Of a stretch of 64,000 bases of DNA, positions 33,801-45,429 are shown one piece after another (position 1 is the stretch's first letter; each line of letters starts with the position of its first letter). A program made the position numbers and the translations under genes. The stretch is taken from assembly GCF_902713615.1 (NCBI RefSeq), contig NC_052162.1, positions 55,055,990-55,119,989 on the forward strand. The letters are read 5' to 3'. Origin of the DNA: Scyliorhinus canicula. Its lineage: Eukaryota. Under the pieces are notes generated by a model that saw only the letters and a program-made list of their open reading frames with translations, searched no databases and was not told the DNA's origin.

Positions 33801-36800
33801 ACTCTCGTGTACTAATTGGTAAATATACTCAAAAGACCCCAAGCATATAATTTGTTTTTCTCCCCTTTTTTTTCCTGAATGCACTGCACTTCTATTTCTG
33901 GGTATAGTTCTTTTGGTACCTTGTCCAAATGGGTAGTCTTTTTTTCTAGTTGCTCATTGAGACTATAATCATTCTGAGGCTATATGAATATCAGTCATAT
34001 TGGGCTGAAAAATATATGGTTTTTAATAATCTTTATTGTCACCAGTAGGCTTGCATTAACACTGCAATGAAGTACTGTGAAAAGCCTGTATTTACTGGTC
34101 GACACTGGGCTGTTTTTTATTTTCTATGGAATATTGAAAGCAGCATAACCTTCATCAGTAATCAGCTCAAAGCTACCAAGTTTTAGCCTCATGTTCCCAC
34201 ACTCGCCCCCTTTCCTCACCACCCTTTCAAAAGAAAAGACTGAGAATGAAATTAAATTATTATTTTTGAACAGTAACCTAAGTAATTATTGTTACTTGGA
34301 TGAGTTAATATATCTTGATGGGCAAAACAAATTGTATAAAAATGGAAACATATTCTCAACTGTCAAACTTAAACACAGACTTTCGAGAACCATCTCTAGG
34401 TTGACTTTGTCTCCCAGTTGATACACCTAAGATTGTAAAGGATTATTTGGAGACTACTATTATATGTCACACGTATGGGGGAAAAATGGGTTGAAGCGTT
34501 GAGTGTGACGAGAGACAGTTAACTCAATGGTGTGTTGGGTCATAAGCTGTTTTCTGCAGCAGTTGGAAATGTCAGTTTATTTTTCAGAGCACTCTCTTGC
34601 TAGACTAATACCTGTGTTTTTTTCTCAATCTGAATAACGTTTACAGTGTGCAAGAGCCAACCTCGAGACATTGACACTTGCCCGATACATCTGTGAGTTG
34701 ACCTTGCAGGAATATGAGTTTATCTGGGAGAGTGCTTCCAAATTAGCAGCATCTTGCCTGCTCCTGGCCCTCAAGATGAAGGAACTTGGAGGATGGGTGA
34801 GTGTTAATTGCCAAATTGAAAGAGTGAACCTTTTTTCTGGTTTTTTTTTTTTTCTTTCGCTGGCTGGGCCGGTATTTATTTCCCGTCCCTAATTTTCCTT
34901 GAACGTGGTGGGGAACCGCTTTCTTGAACACTCGACGTGCTATTAGGCAGGGAGTTTCAGGATTTTGATCCAATGACAGTGAAGGAATGGTGATATATTT
35001 TGGGATGTAGTCCAAGTGACTTGGAGGGGAACTTCCATGTGGTGGTGGTGGTGGTGATCCCATACGTTTACTGCCCTTGGTGGTCGTGGTCATGCGTTTG
35101 GAAGATGCTGTCAAAGGAGCCTTGGTGAGTTGTTGCAGTGCAACTTGCAGATGGTACTGTCCATCAGTGCTGGTTGGGGTGCCAATCAAGCAGATTGGTT
35201 TGTCATGGATGGTGCCATGCTCTGAGTATTGTTAAAGCTGTACTCATCCAGGTAAGTGGAGAGTATTCAATCACACTTTTGACTTGACTTGTCCTGGACA
35301 GGCTTTGGGAAGTCAGGAGGTGAGTTACTCTCATCAGAAATTCAAAACTCTGACATTCTCTAGCAGATACAAGATTTATATGGCTGGTCCGTTTTAGTTA
35401 CTGGTCACTGGTAGCCCCTGGGATTTTGATAGATGGAGGATTTGGTGATAGCAATGCCATTGAATGACAAGGAAATTACTCGATTTTCATTGGAGATGGC
35501 CATTTTCCAGAAGGGTGTGACTATAACTTGCAAAGCCAGGATGTTGTCCGAGCCTTACTGTCACACACGGCAATTTTGCATAGCTAATTCACCTAACCTG
35601 TAAATCTTTGGGCGGTGGGAGGAAACCAGAGCAAACCCATGTACACACTGGAAGAATATGCAAACTACACACACAGTGACCCATGGTTGCAATTGAACCT
35701 GGGTCTCTGGCACAATGAGGCAGCAGTGCTAACCACCGTGCCACCCCCAAACATTCACACTTCTGACCTTGTGATGAAGGCCATTGAAGAAGCTGAAGAT
35801 GTTTGGGCCTAGGACACTAACCTGAGGGGCTTCTGCAGCGATGTTCTGGGCTAAGATCATTGTATGCCATCTTCCTTTCTGCTACATGCGACTCCAACCA
35901 GCAGAGGTTTTACTCCTGATTCCCATTGACTTTAGTTTTGCTGGGGCTTCTTGATGCAACACTTGTAAATGTGCCTTGATGTCCAGGGCAGTGATTCTCA
36001 TTCAACTCTGCAGTTCAGCTCTTTTGTCCATGTTTGGACAAAGTTTGCAGTGGACCAAGTTTGCAATGATCAGGAGCTGAGCGGCCCGGGAGGAACCAAA
36101 ACTGAGGGCCAGGGAGTAGGTTAGTGCTGAATAAGTGCAGTTTGATAGCACAATAGACAATATCTTCCATCACTCTGCTGATGATCGAGAGTAGACAAAT
36201 GGGGTGGTAATTGGCCGCGTTGGGTTTGATTACATGGTTCTCGTACATTTCCTGTTTCTTGATGTCTGTTGGCTCTGAGCCAACTCTTGGGGCACGTGGG
36301 ATAGGAGACCAGTAGATTCTACTTTCCCAAATGGGAAGAGATATTTGTATCTGTCTGTACTTTTCCAAAAATGGTGCTGCTGAGGGTGGCTCACAGTGGT
36401 GGGCCAAGAGGGAGGGGACTAGAATCTGTGCTTTGAGTGATGCTGTATAGTAGTGCTCTAATGTGCTGTGCCACCCTGCTCTCCTTACAATTTAAGTAAT
36501 CAGGAAATGCTAATTGACAATCAGATAAGCTCACTAATTAATTTGTTCACCTACAGCAGGAAACTCAGCTGATTGTGCCCTCTTATGTTTCAGACTCCAA
36601 CTCTGGAACATTACACTGGATATCCGGTCACTGATCTACACTCGCTGACGAGGAGACTGAACCTTTTGCTTTGCAGTAAGCCTGATGAAAAGATGAAGGC
36701 CGTGCGATACAAATATGCTCACAAGTAAGAATTTAACTGTGTGGCTCGCAACATTTCATTACACTGTTTAAGGAAAACCGAGGAAATTGTACATCTAGCC

Positions 36801-37668
36801 TGGTCATTCATGGTGTGGGAGCATGGCAGGAAAACCCTAAGAAAAAGGGTTGTGGGAAATTCTGATTTGTAATTTCATAGAAACTTGTGTGAGCTAGCTA
36901 CTCAATCCTATTCCACCATTCAATTGGAGCATGGCTGGTCTGCTGCCCAATGCCACTTTTCTCCCATTGATTTGCATGAACGTAACCAGAATCTATTGGC
37001 TTCACTTTTCAGTTAACTTAGCATCCCTTTTGCAGGGAGTTTTATTTCCATCACCATTTTGCTTCCTCTTTTCACTCCTTAATGATCTTGTGCTAATTTT
37101 AACATTGTATCCCTTTGTCTAAACTCCTCCTACCAGAGAAAAGTGTTTCTTGGTTTTTAAAATTAAATGACTCCCTATTCGAGGGTGGGCAAGCCAAGTT
37201 TATGAATCTGTACCTCCATTTAACTCCCAGCATCATTCTGGTTAATCTGTGCTGCACCTCTTGATTCTTTCAGGGGATGGGAAATGTTTCTGGCAAGGCC
37301 AGTATTTGTTGCTCATCCTTAATTTCACATGAGATGATCCTACAAGATCAACACTGAGCTGTTGCAGTGTGTGGACTGAATACTGTACTCCAAACGTGAT
37401 GTGCCCAAAGCTCTGCACAACTGAAGCACAACTTGCTCACTTTTTTGAGTTGTAGTGCCGTTTGTAATACAGGTCCAAATACAATCAGCCCTTTTGATTG
37501 CTTTTTGCACGTGTCCACTAACTTTGTGGTTTCTGTACATGGGTACCTAAATCTTTTTTTATTTGTCTCAATTTTAAATTTTTTTTTTTAAGCGTGTTCT
37601 TTGAAGTAGCAAAAATTCCACCCATGGATGTTCTGAAGCTCGAAGAACAGCTGAAGTTGGATACTTAA
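15765..37668 (+). CDS. ccnb3: G2/mitotic-specific cyclin B3, 11 coding exons, 420 aa
   Basis: Exons 15765-15836, 25081-25164, 25302-25420, 28462-28606, 29909-30007, 30793-30885, 31941-32078, 33589-33744, 34647-34796, 36594-36724, 37593-37668. All are GT-AG and phase-compatible (1263 nt). B3-type D-box RSAFEDLTN and cyclin box [27 protein letters not shown]. Confidence 0.93.
16227..16442. mobile_element. Old palindromic non-autonomous element, probably derived from Penelope termini
   Basis: aaaacagaaaacgctg...aaacaaagttaacgtttcag / ctgaaatgttaactttgttt...cagcattttctgttt form an imperfect hairpin. Confidence 0.55.
16830..17012 (+). mobile_element. Short tRNA-derived SINE with (att)n-type tail
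   Basis: A box (tagcacagtgg), B box (ggttcaattcc); same tail as the SINE at 14603. Confidence 0.7.
17270..17550 (+). mobile_element. CR1-type LINE 3' end
   Basis: FFTQRVVTVWNAVP...SFKKYLD followed by a gggc...ggccttttctgcactg tail. Confidence 0.8.
17690..19175. mobile_element. L1/Tx1 ORF2 fragment with 5' inversion
   Basis: RT C-terminal part on - (about 17690-18170); the directly following ORF2 part on + (about 18245-19175). Confidence 0.65.
19575..24057 (+). mobile_element. LTR of a second Gypsy family, interrupted by Gypsy copy B
   Basis: TG at 19575, CA at 24057; 5-bp TSD GACAT (19570-19574 / 24058-24062); LTR pieces at 19575-19773 and about 23902-24057. Confidence 0.8.
19774..23873 (-). 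mobile_element. Gypsy (Mag-like) LTR retrotransposon copy B: LTR-gag-pro-RT-RH-IN-LTR, degenerate
   Basis: Partial LTRs at 23644-23873 and 19774-19992. Gag ATG at 23609 (MEAALKPGRLELDP) with Cys/His knuckles (CSSCGKKGHYARVC); protease DSGS; RT and IN closely similar to copy A. A deletion fuses IN (HSNPQY) to the 3' LTR. Confidence 0.95.
24484..24718. mobile_element. Short MITE-like element
   Basis: Imperfect terminal inverted repeats (TIRs) ggattctccga / tcggagaatcc; CpG-rich interior. Confidence 0.55.
25081..25164 (+). CDS. ccnb3: ccnb3 exon with destruction box
   Basis: DDGLYIKRSPSSPQGGPKKRSAFEDLTN; cag/gtaagt. Confidence 0.92.
25302..25420 (+). CDS. ccnb3: ccnb3 Lys-rich exon
   Basis: AKQGQDLVSKKKGG...NNLK; tag/gtgaac; phase 0 to 2. 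Confidence 0.8.
25629..25906 (-). mobile_element. Solo Gypsy LTR (third family) in a ccnb3 intron
   Basis: TG...CA ends; 5-bp TSD CATAC (25624-25628 / 25907-25911); begins tgtggtgaatgta on -, like LTR A. Confidence 0.85.
26030..26318 (+). mobile_element. V-SINE, (att)n-tail type, degenerate
   Basis: Head, core and tail similar to the copy at 14603. Confidence 0.7.
26636..26935 (-). mobile_element. HE1-like V-SINE
   Basis: Core and CR1-type tail on -. Confidence 0.75.
27255..28020 (+). mobile_element. CR1-type LINE 3' part
   Basis: RPHLEYCVQFWSP and FFTQRVVSLWNSLP motifs plus tail. Confidence 0.85.
28462..28606 (+). CDS. ccnb3: ccnb3 acidic linker exon
   Basis: TGPKDSQEQQDNAVEEKKPEKQDNAG...VGIK; cag/gtaagg; phase 2 to 0. 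Confidence 0.8.
29909..30007 (+). CDS. ccnb3: ccnb3 exon
   Basis: LSAYDDVD...DPFLNAIYANDIFSYMKERE. Confidence 0.92.
30793..30885 (+). CDS. ccnb3: ccnb3 exon, start of cyclin box
   Basis: [31 protein letters not shown]. Confidence 0.95.
31941..32078 (+). CDS. ccnb3: ccnb3 exon
   Basis: [21 protein letters not shown]...LQLLGSTAFLIAAKFD. Confidence 0.95.
32232..32574 (-). mobile_element. HE1-like V-SINE (young)
   Basis: Full-length head, core and (ttctatg) tail. Confidence 0.9.
32956..33073 (-). mobile_element. Miniature Penelope terminal fragment with a mutated hammerhead and an inverted tail
   Basis: Similar to about 5825-5909; reads CTGATGA-A-GGAGC(CAT)GCTCC-TAAA-GCTA on -; followed by an inverted copy of the tail at about 5792-5821; degenerate TSD taacttctagta/taacctctggta. 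Confidence 0.75.
33589..33744 (+). CDS. ccnb3: ccnb3 exon
   Basis: ERCPPCVDDFLYICDDAY...FDINIPVAYRFLRRYAK. Confidence 0.95.
34647..34796 (+). CDS. ccnb3: ccnb3 exon
   Basis: CARANLETLTLARYICELTLQEY...LGGW. Confidence 0.95.
34857..36245 (-). mobile_element. Degenerate CR1/L2-group LINE, with a V-SINE nested at about 35567-35745
   Basis: AANYHPICLLSIISRVME RT-leading motif; 3' tail shared with the SacSINE1-like SINE. Confidence 0.65.
36594..36724 (+). CDS. ccnb3: ccnb3 exon
   Basis: TPTLEHYTGY...KAVRYKYAH. Confidence 0.93.
37593..37668 (+). CDS. ccnb3: ccnb3 last coding exon
   Basis: VFFEVAKIPPMDVLKLEEQLKLDT*; TAA at 37666-37668. Confidence 0.92.
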
Positions 37669-37734
37669 TCTAAAGAAGTCCTGTCTTTTGGAGGAAGTAG
37701 TGTTGAATCACCTGCGTTCATGAAGCTGATCTTG

Positions 37735-37753
37735 TGTATATAGTGTGTAAATA
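37735..37753 (+). promoter_or_regulatory. ccnb3: Two tandem Pumilio response elements in the ccnb3 3' UTR
   Basis: TGTATATA at 37735-37742 and TGTAAATA at 37746-37753 both match UGUANAUA. Confidence 0.55.
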
Positions 37754-39454
37754 CTTGCAGCAGTTGCTTAATATTTCTTTCCTGTATCTCTGCTAAGCAG
37801 AAATGATTGTGTCATTAATCATAATGGTCATTTGAAATACAGCAAACATACTGAAAGTATCTGAATACCAAAATATAAAACTTAAAAGAGATTGGAAGAG
37901 GCCATTACACATCAAAATGCCCTTAGTGGTGGGAGGCAGCCCAATGTTGGCCAGATCTTCTGGCCCCATTGCTGCCAATGGGATTTCTCATTGAATCCAC
38001 ACCCCCCCAGCTGCCTGGAAACCCGTGGCAGGGGTTTACTGTCATCTCTCCTCCCGGGCCCTATTTCACCCAAGTGTTTTTATCCCCATGACTAAAGCTT
38101 TGAATGTAGAACAAAAGACATCTTTAGCTGGTTAAAGATAAGGCACTAGTTTTTCCCTGTCAATATTGGAAATGGCAATAAATAACCACCGACTATTATA
38201 CAGCACTTTGATTTCCTAAAAAAAACTTGCATTCCAAAAAGAAAATTGTAGAAATTCAACTTTGTAGATTAAAGTGGAGCAAAGTGTTAAAAGATTATTT
38301 GTCTTGTTTTAAAAAAAAATTAAAGCCATCCTGTTGTTAATCTTGTATGATATTCGGTTGTTTCTCTACCATGGTAATGAAGTTGTCCTTTGTTTTGATT
38401 TCACGGCCCGCCCTAACTTCCCTCTCCATTCCTTATTTAATTTTCAAAAATAACACTTCTTGCAGGCTGGGACAAGAAAGGAAAAGAGGCAAGAGTTGCT
38501 AGCTAATCTGCTCCTGGGTACTGTCGAGCTGCAGCCATGTACTGGAGAGTGGCACAAGCTAACCTGGTCTAGCTTTTAACTCCTCTTATCTTTCCTGAGT
38601 TGAGAAAGTGGCTTTATTGCTACATGATCCATTCCACCCCAGTGTGGCAATACATACATGAGAAAATGTGTCCTGCCAATTTATGATCCTATGCACACAA
38701 CTAAACTATTTAAAAAATCGATGCCCAATATTTAGGTGAGGGAAGAATGTAATAAGTTTGCTCAGATGAAGCAATGTTTATTAATCTTGTACCCCATTAT
38801 GTTCTTGATTTTTAAAATTCTGTTCCCTTAAGTACAAACAAAAGATTGGTATTTCAGTGACCACTATTGTAGGTGAACATTTCCAAATGTAAAATATTTC
38901 AGTGTTTTAACTTTTTTGATGTTTTGCTTGTTAATATGTCTATTTGAGTTAATATGTCTATTTGAAACTATTTAAGATGCTTCGGAAGCTGTCATTTTTG
39001 TATGTTTTCTATATTTAAGTGTGTTTAAGCAAATGGCTCTTAATATGTAAAAAATAGTTTACATATAAATATATATGTTTGGATATCTCTGATCCATGCT
39101 TTCAACATTTCTTGTTTAATAAGAACCCTATTTCCATACCTGTCATTATGCCAAAACTGTTGTTATTTTGTAAAATAGATTAAATGTATTATTTACAAAT
39201 ATGTGGTCTATGTAATTTTTAAAAGTCTTTCAGTTTTTTTTTCACTGTTTAATAGTTGCACGACATGCTGCTTATTCACAAAATATCTGCAATGACCCAG
39301 TCGCACTTTTAGACTTTGCCCAGTGAGTTTGATTTTTGTTCATATCGAAGTTCTTGTAGGTCTGTATTTTGTGAGGGACGTGCGTTTCGACACCAGGTGT
39401 TGCCATTTAGAACTCTCAGACCAGGAACTGAACAGCCATTTGGGGTAAATCTCC

Positions 39455-41515
39455 CTGCCTTCATTTTACAACTGCTCCTTGGGCGGCATTTAAATGAAAG
39501 TTCAATGTGTGACTTTTCTGCAGCAATGCTCAAAAGAGAAAGTGATTGAGGATGTGGACCATATTTAAGAAGATCAATGTCAAGAGAGACTACGTGATAG
39601 TCGCCATGCTATTTAGAATCTACCTGATTGTACCTATTCACACCATCAAAGATGAAATGCCCCCTGATGAGAGTATTGAATACCACCCAGATGGAGAACT
39701 TTTAGCCCCAGCCTCCACCGTCCCATCGAACGTCTCACTTTTTCACTCAGTAACTATAATGTGCACCAAATGTTATCTACTAAATTCTGAGTTCAGACTG
39801 ACCCAAACTCGCTTTGTAAAATGTATGTAAACATCGGTGACTGGTCTATAGGCCATGTTTTCAGGATCAATGGAAGTTGCAACTTTAAGCAGAGAAAGTT
39901 AATGGTTGAATATCAGGGTCAATGTAGTTTCAATGTATTGACTTATTTTCAAGGTTGTTTGAGTCCTTTCTTTTGATTTTTCCCTTTGTTCTCATTTTTT
40001 TCTTTTATTATTTTTGTTCCATGGAATCCTCATTGGAATGTGCCATTAAGCAGTGGACTTAAGCTGAGGCAGCCTGCTCGTCAGGAAGTATGTTCCAGGA
40101 TGTTTTTTTTGGAGAGGAGAAAACCGACTCATTGGTGCCGAGAGAATCTTAAGAAACAGCTTGAGAGGAAGTCGGTTTGATTGGCTGGCTGGCAACGTGT
40201 GGGTTGGCCAGGGACAGTGTTCTGGCTGACACCAATCAGTGGTTCCTACGAGATACTTCTGAGAGCTGGGCAGAAGGGATTAGATCTTGGGAGTGTTGTG
40301 TGTATGTGGTCAGTTACATGTTTGTCGGTGCAGTAATGAAAAGGTTATTTGTGTTAATGGGGCTCCGTTAAGATCATCGGGTGCTTTAAAATAACATTTT
40401 TATTTCCAGGACAAGTGCATAAACAAATAGCCTGGGTGATGTTGAATCATGTTCTTTAACTAAAATCGGGCAGAATTCTCCGCAAGGCCCATCTCCAGGT
40501 TTCACGACGGCGTCGGGAGCCTCGCCTGGCCCCCTATTCTCCCCTACCCAGGGGGATAGGCGACCCGTACCAGGAAACTCGGCGGCCGAGCCTTGTCCCT
40601 GGCTTCAAGGCCTGGCGCACCAAGAATGACACCGCGGCGGCGCCTAATGACATCAGCCGCGCATGCGTGGGTTGGACAGCTCAAACCCGTGCATGCGCGG
40701 TTGCCGTCTTTCCCCTCAGCCGCCCCGCAAGACGTGGCGGCTTGATCTTGTGGGGCAGCGGAGGGGAAAGAGTGCGTCCTCTTCAGACGCCAGCCCGATG
40801 ATCGGTGGGCACCGACCGCGGGCCAGTCCCCTCCCGAGCACGGTCGTGGTGCTCGATCCCTGATCCGCCTCCCCTAGGCCCCACACTTACCTGGCGCACC
40901 ATGTTCACAATGGCAGCGACCAGGTGTGGTTGCCGCCGCCGTGAACAGGTTGGAAACAGCAGGCAGTAAAGACTAATATCTTGTCGGAGAATCGCGGGCC
41001 ACCGTGAAAAACGATGGCCCGCGTTTCTCCGAACGGCGTGTCGGAAAACCGGACACGCCATTTTGGGGGGGGGGGGGGGGGGGGGGGGAGAGAATAGCGG
41101 GAGGTGCGGGAGCAGACCTCCCACTATTCTCCCACCCATCGTGGTTGCGGAGAATCGCGGCTGATGTGTCTGATAGATTTGTGGAATGGAAACCCAAACA
41201 GTTGACAGCAAGTCACTCCGTTCTCATGATAGAAAGGGCCAGCACCTGGCTGCCTTCATTTTACAATTGCTCCTTGGGCGGCATTTACATGAAAGCTCAA
41301 TGTCTGACTTTTCTGCAGCAATGCTCAAAAGAGAAAGTGATTGAGGATGTGGGCCACATTTAAGAAGATTGGTGTCAAGAGAGACTGCCTGATAGCCGCC
41401 ATGCTATTTAGAATCTATCTGATTGTACCTATTCACCCCATCAAAGATGAAATGCCCCCTGATGAGAGTATTGAATACCACCTAGATGGAGAACTTTTAG
41501 CCCAGCCTCCACCGT
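39455..41515 (+). repeat. Direct duplication of about 265 bp (39455-39721 / 41250-41515), including an RTE-LINE-like fragment
   Basis: About 90% identical copies; the second continues into RTE-like RT sequence to about 41845. Confidence 0.8.
40468..41161. mobile_element. MITE-like CpG-rich element
   Basis: Termini attctccgcaa / ttgcggagaat; internal ggagaat repeats; related to the element at 24484. Confidence 0.55.
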
Positions 41516-41848
41516 GCCAAAACTAAACTGACCATTGCAGACACATGATCTAGTTTGCAAATCTCCATCTATTCAATTCTACATACAAGAGACTCAACCT
41601 GTCCTTGATCGTTGCCAAAAAAAAATTCTGCATCGACCTTGACCTGGTCAGTCAAATCTTCCAACTCCCATATATGCTGAAGTAGAGACTCTGGACTATA
41701 TTGAACACTTCCCGAAGGTGGACAGTCACCTCTCTCAACAGGCCAACATTAGTGAGGAGATCCAACATTGGATCAGCTCAGCCTTCTACATAATGCGGCA
41801 GTGGGTGTTTAACAATAAATACCTCCACAAGTCAACATCGATTCTAGT

Positions 41849-44410
41849 GGACTTCCGGTTGCGGAGCTAAGCCGCATGTTCGGAGGCTCCCGCTATTTTT
41901 GGACTTTTGGGCTCTTTTGAGGGCCCTTAACGGCGCTGGTCGGACTTTTCCCGGTGTGGGAAGACAGCTGTGCCTCTACCGGTGGATGGACTGGACCAGG
42001 AGCGGGGAGGTCAAAACATCGCCTTTGGAGCAGAGAAAGGTGCGAGGGAGGAAGACCAAGATGCCAGCGGGCGGGGATGTGGCAGCAGTGGGCGCAGGAG
42101 CAGCAGGAGCTGCTCCATAGCTGCTTCAGGGAGCTGAAAGCTGAGCTGCTGGAACTGCTAAAGGCCTCATTTGACAAGCTCACAGCGGCTCAGACGGCCC
42201 AGGGGGCAGAGATCCGCGAGGTCCAGCAAATGGCCTTGGAGAATGAGGATGAAATCCTAGGCCTGGCAGTGAAGGTGGAGTCGCACGAGGCGCTCCACAA
42301 GAAATGGCAGGCGAGGCTGGAGGAAATGGAGAACCACTTGCGGTGGAAGAATTTGCAGATCCTGGGCCTCCTGGAAGGATCGGACTTGGGGGCCTACGTG
42401 GTCATGATGCTGAACTCGCTAATGGGAGCGGGGTCCTTCCAAGGGCCCTTGGAGCTGGCAATAGTCCTCCATCCCCTCAAACAACCGGCTCATCCTCTAT
42501 CTTGTCAGGTGCACTACCTTTAACTGTATTAACTCCAGCGATGCATACGAAGTTGAAGCATTCACCCTCCGCAACACCTCACACCACAACCCCTCCTCCA
42601 ATGCCACTCCCAGCTCATCCTCCCACTTGGCCTTAACCGCTTCCAGCAAAGCCATATCCTCCTCCACAATCTTCCCATAAATTGCCGAGATGGCCCCCCC
42701 CCCCCCCCCCCCCCTCCAATCCCATCACTGACAACACCCCCACCAACAAAGAGGAGGGAGGCATCACAGGAAAAGCTGGGAAAACCTTCCATACAAAATC
42801 CCACACCTACATATACCTAAAGGCCTCCCCCTGTAGAATCCCAAACTTCTGTCGACTCCTTCAAACTCGCAAACCGCCCTTTCAAAAATAGCGCTCCTTT
42901 CAAAAATAGCGCTCCTTCCACCCTCGAAACCTAGCATCCAGTCTCGCCGGCTGAAACACATGATTTTCTCACACTGGCATCAGCTTCGACCCAACCCCTA
43001 ATTTAACATGCTGCCAAAACTTCACCTTGGCTTCCACCATGTTGACTTCTTTATTTCTATGCGAACCACAAGCTGTTTCTTATATTGACTGAATGACCAC
43101 ACAACCAGTATATTAGTCCAAAAGGCAGTTTATTAACACTTGTTTTATATGTAATGATTCACGCGGCTACCCACTAAACTAAACTTAATAACTATGATGA
43201 CCTTTACTTAACTTCAGGGTGACCGGCTTTGTGCGGGAGATGAGGCTTTTATCTGTGTCCACATGGGTCAGTTTCGAAGCCTTCAGGTTCATCTCGGCTG
43301 GGCTCATCCTTCAGGTAGTGATCGTGGGTCCTTGAACTTGGCTGGTTGATATGCTGCAATTGGTCGCACACAGGCCGGTCCAAAAGAGGCCGATCCCTAG
43401 TGCTTCTTATCCTTCTTCTCTTTCATGGCCGTTTGGGCGGTCCTAACTCCAGACCTAATGGATCGATAGGATTTTGATCACCCTCATTGATCCTGGCCAA
43501 TTAAGGGGCGGATACCTCGGTGGCTGGGCGTGTCCTAGCTATCATTGTTCCAGGCATGTATGCCTTTCCAAATAAGGGGAAGTGGCGCTGGTTAGTCTGC
43601 TACTGTTGTAGTTCCTTGATTCAAACTCAATTGCCCTGGGGGAAATGGTGATTGACTTTTTATGGGTGCAAGTTTCGATCAGTTCTGGCTTCTTTGCACA
43701 ATACACCGAGGCTGTGTACTTGTCTGTGTCCAAGTTGACCACAATTCCCATGGTCCTCTGCAGGTAGCCATCTTAGATGGCTACAACCGAGTATTTCCCT
43801 GGGGCAAACTGGAGCGGCACCATTGCCAGCGACCCCCCCCCCCCCCCCCCCGACAAGAACCTGCGTCCATCCTCACCCACATCGCCTCCAGCACCCTACT
43901 CCAGCCCTGCACCTCCTTGGCGATCGCAGGCAGTAATAATACATCAGATTTGGAAGAAACAACCTCTCCTCCCCCCCCCCCCCCCCCCCCACCCCACAAT
44001 TGTCGACCTACCTGAAGCATTAACTTCCGAATCCTCGCCACCTTATCCGCCCATACAAATGACAAAATCAACCGTTCCAAACCATAAAAAATGCTTTGGT
44101 AAAAAGACCGGTAAGCACGGGAATAAATATAAAAACCTCGACAAGATATTAGTCTTTACTGCCTGCACCCTGCCTGCTAATGATAGGAGGCTGACTCACC
44201 TCAACATATTTGCCATAACTCTATCCACCAAGCTCGTAAAATTCAATTTACAGAGCTCGGCCCAGTCCCAAACCACCTGCACCTCCAGATACCTGAAGTG
44301 AATAGTTGTCACACAAAATGGCAATCCCTCCAAGCCAACTCCCACCCACGGAGAGGAAACCAAAAAGCCCTATCTCTTCTCCAAATTCATTACTATCCCA
44401 AAAAAGCCAT
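41849..44410. mobile_element. L1/Tx1 fragments: 5' UTR and ORF1 on + (41849-42460), ORF2 pieces on - (42460-44410)
   Basis: ggacttccggttgcgg start; coiled-coil ORF1 with ENHLRWKNLQILGL; ORF2 ERLILSFVWADKVARIR on -. Confidence 0.75.
43040..43785 (-). mobile_element. Solo LTR, ERV-like
   Basis: TG...CA ends; TSD acca/accg (consistent with CpG decay); begins tgtagcca on -, like the LTR at 7770; terminal palindrome gtagccatct-t-agatggctac. Confidence 0.65.
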
Positions 44411-44849
44411 CACTTCGGAGTTAATTCTCCTAACATTTTCTTGGTAACTATTTGTGTAACATAGCTGGAAACATCTGAAGTTTGCAATTTAAATGACATT
44501 TTCAAATGATTGCTAGCAGAGGGTAATTGCCCAGAGGAAGTGTGGAGTTCTGTGCAAACCCTTACCAGAAAAGTTCTGAGAGGGATTCTACCCCTACCCT
44601 CCCGCCCGCCGCCCGCCCCCCAACCAATCCATTATTAGTGAGCTTGGAAGTTACAGTCCGAGAGTAAAAAAGCAAGGTTATGGTGAACCTTTGTAAAACC
44701 CTGACTCAGCCTGGAGTATTGTGTCCCGTTCCACTTTCTGCACTATAGGAAGCATATGATGCTTTGAGAGAAGGTGCACAAAAGATTTACAAGAATGGTT
44801 CTAGCATGGGTGATGGATTTTAGTTATCTGGATAGATCTCCTCGGATGA

Positions 44850-45101
44850 CTATCTGGATGGAGCTTGCACTTCCTCCTCGTGTCTGTGTGGGTTTCTTCC
44901 GGGTGCTCCAGTTGCCTCCCATGTCCAAAGATGTGCAGGTTAGGTGAATTGGCCATGCTAAATTGCCCCATAGTGTCCAAAAGGTTAGGTGAAGTTACGA
45001 GAATAGGGTGAAGGTGTGGGTTTAAGTAGGATGCTCTTTCCAAGGCCCAGTGCAGACTCGATGGGCCGAATGGTCTCCTTCTGCATTGTAAGTTCTATGA
45101 T
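44850..45101 (+). mobile_element. HE1-like V-SINE, 5'-truncated
   Basis: Core and tail. Confidence 0.8.
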
Positions 45102-45110
45102 TGAAGAAGT

Positions 45111-45376
45111 CGGGTTGAGCGGCGGTCCGGTGGGACCAGCCGGGTTGAGCGGCAGTCCACTGGGTTGAACGGTGGTCCGGTGGGACCAGCCGGGTTGAGC
45201 GGTGGTCCTGTGAGACCAGCTAGGTTGATCAGTGGTCTGGTGGGACCAGTCAGGTTGAGCGGCAATCCGCTGGGAGCAGCCGGGTTGAACGGCGGTCTGG
45301 TGGGACCAGCCGGTTTGAGCGGCGGTCCGGTGGGACCAGCCGGGCTGAGCGGCGGTCCGGTGGGACCAGCCGGGTT
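45111..45376 (+). repeat. GC-rich minisatellite with a 30-bp unit (about 9 copies)
   Basis: Unit cgggttgagcggcggtccggtgggaccagc. Confidence 0.92.
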
Positions 45377-45429
45377 CTTACTGTGCTGGAACCTTCTTGG
45401 TACAAAAACAACTCCGGCTCAAAGATCAT

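Noticed and set aside
45111-45376. CRISPR-like array
   Set aside because: Tandem units without unique spacers, in a eukaryotic context.
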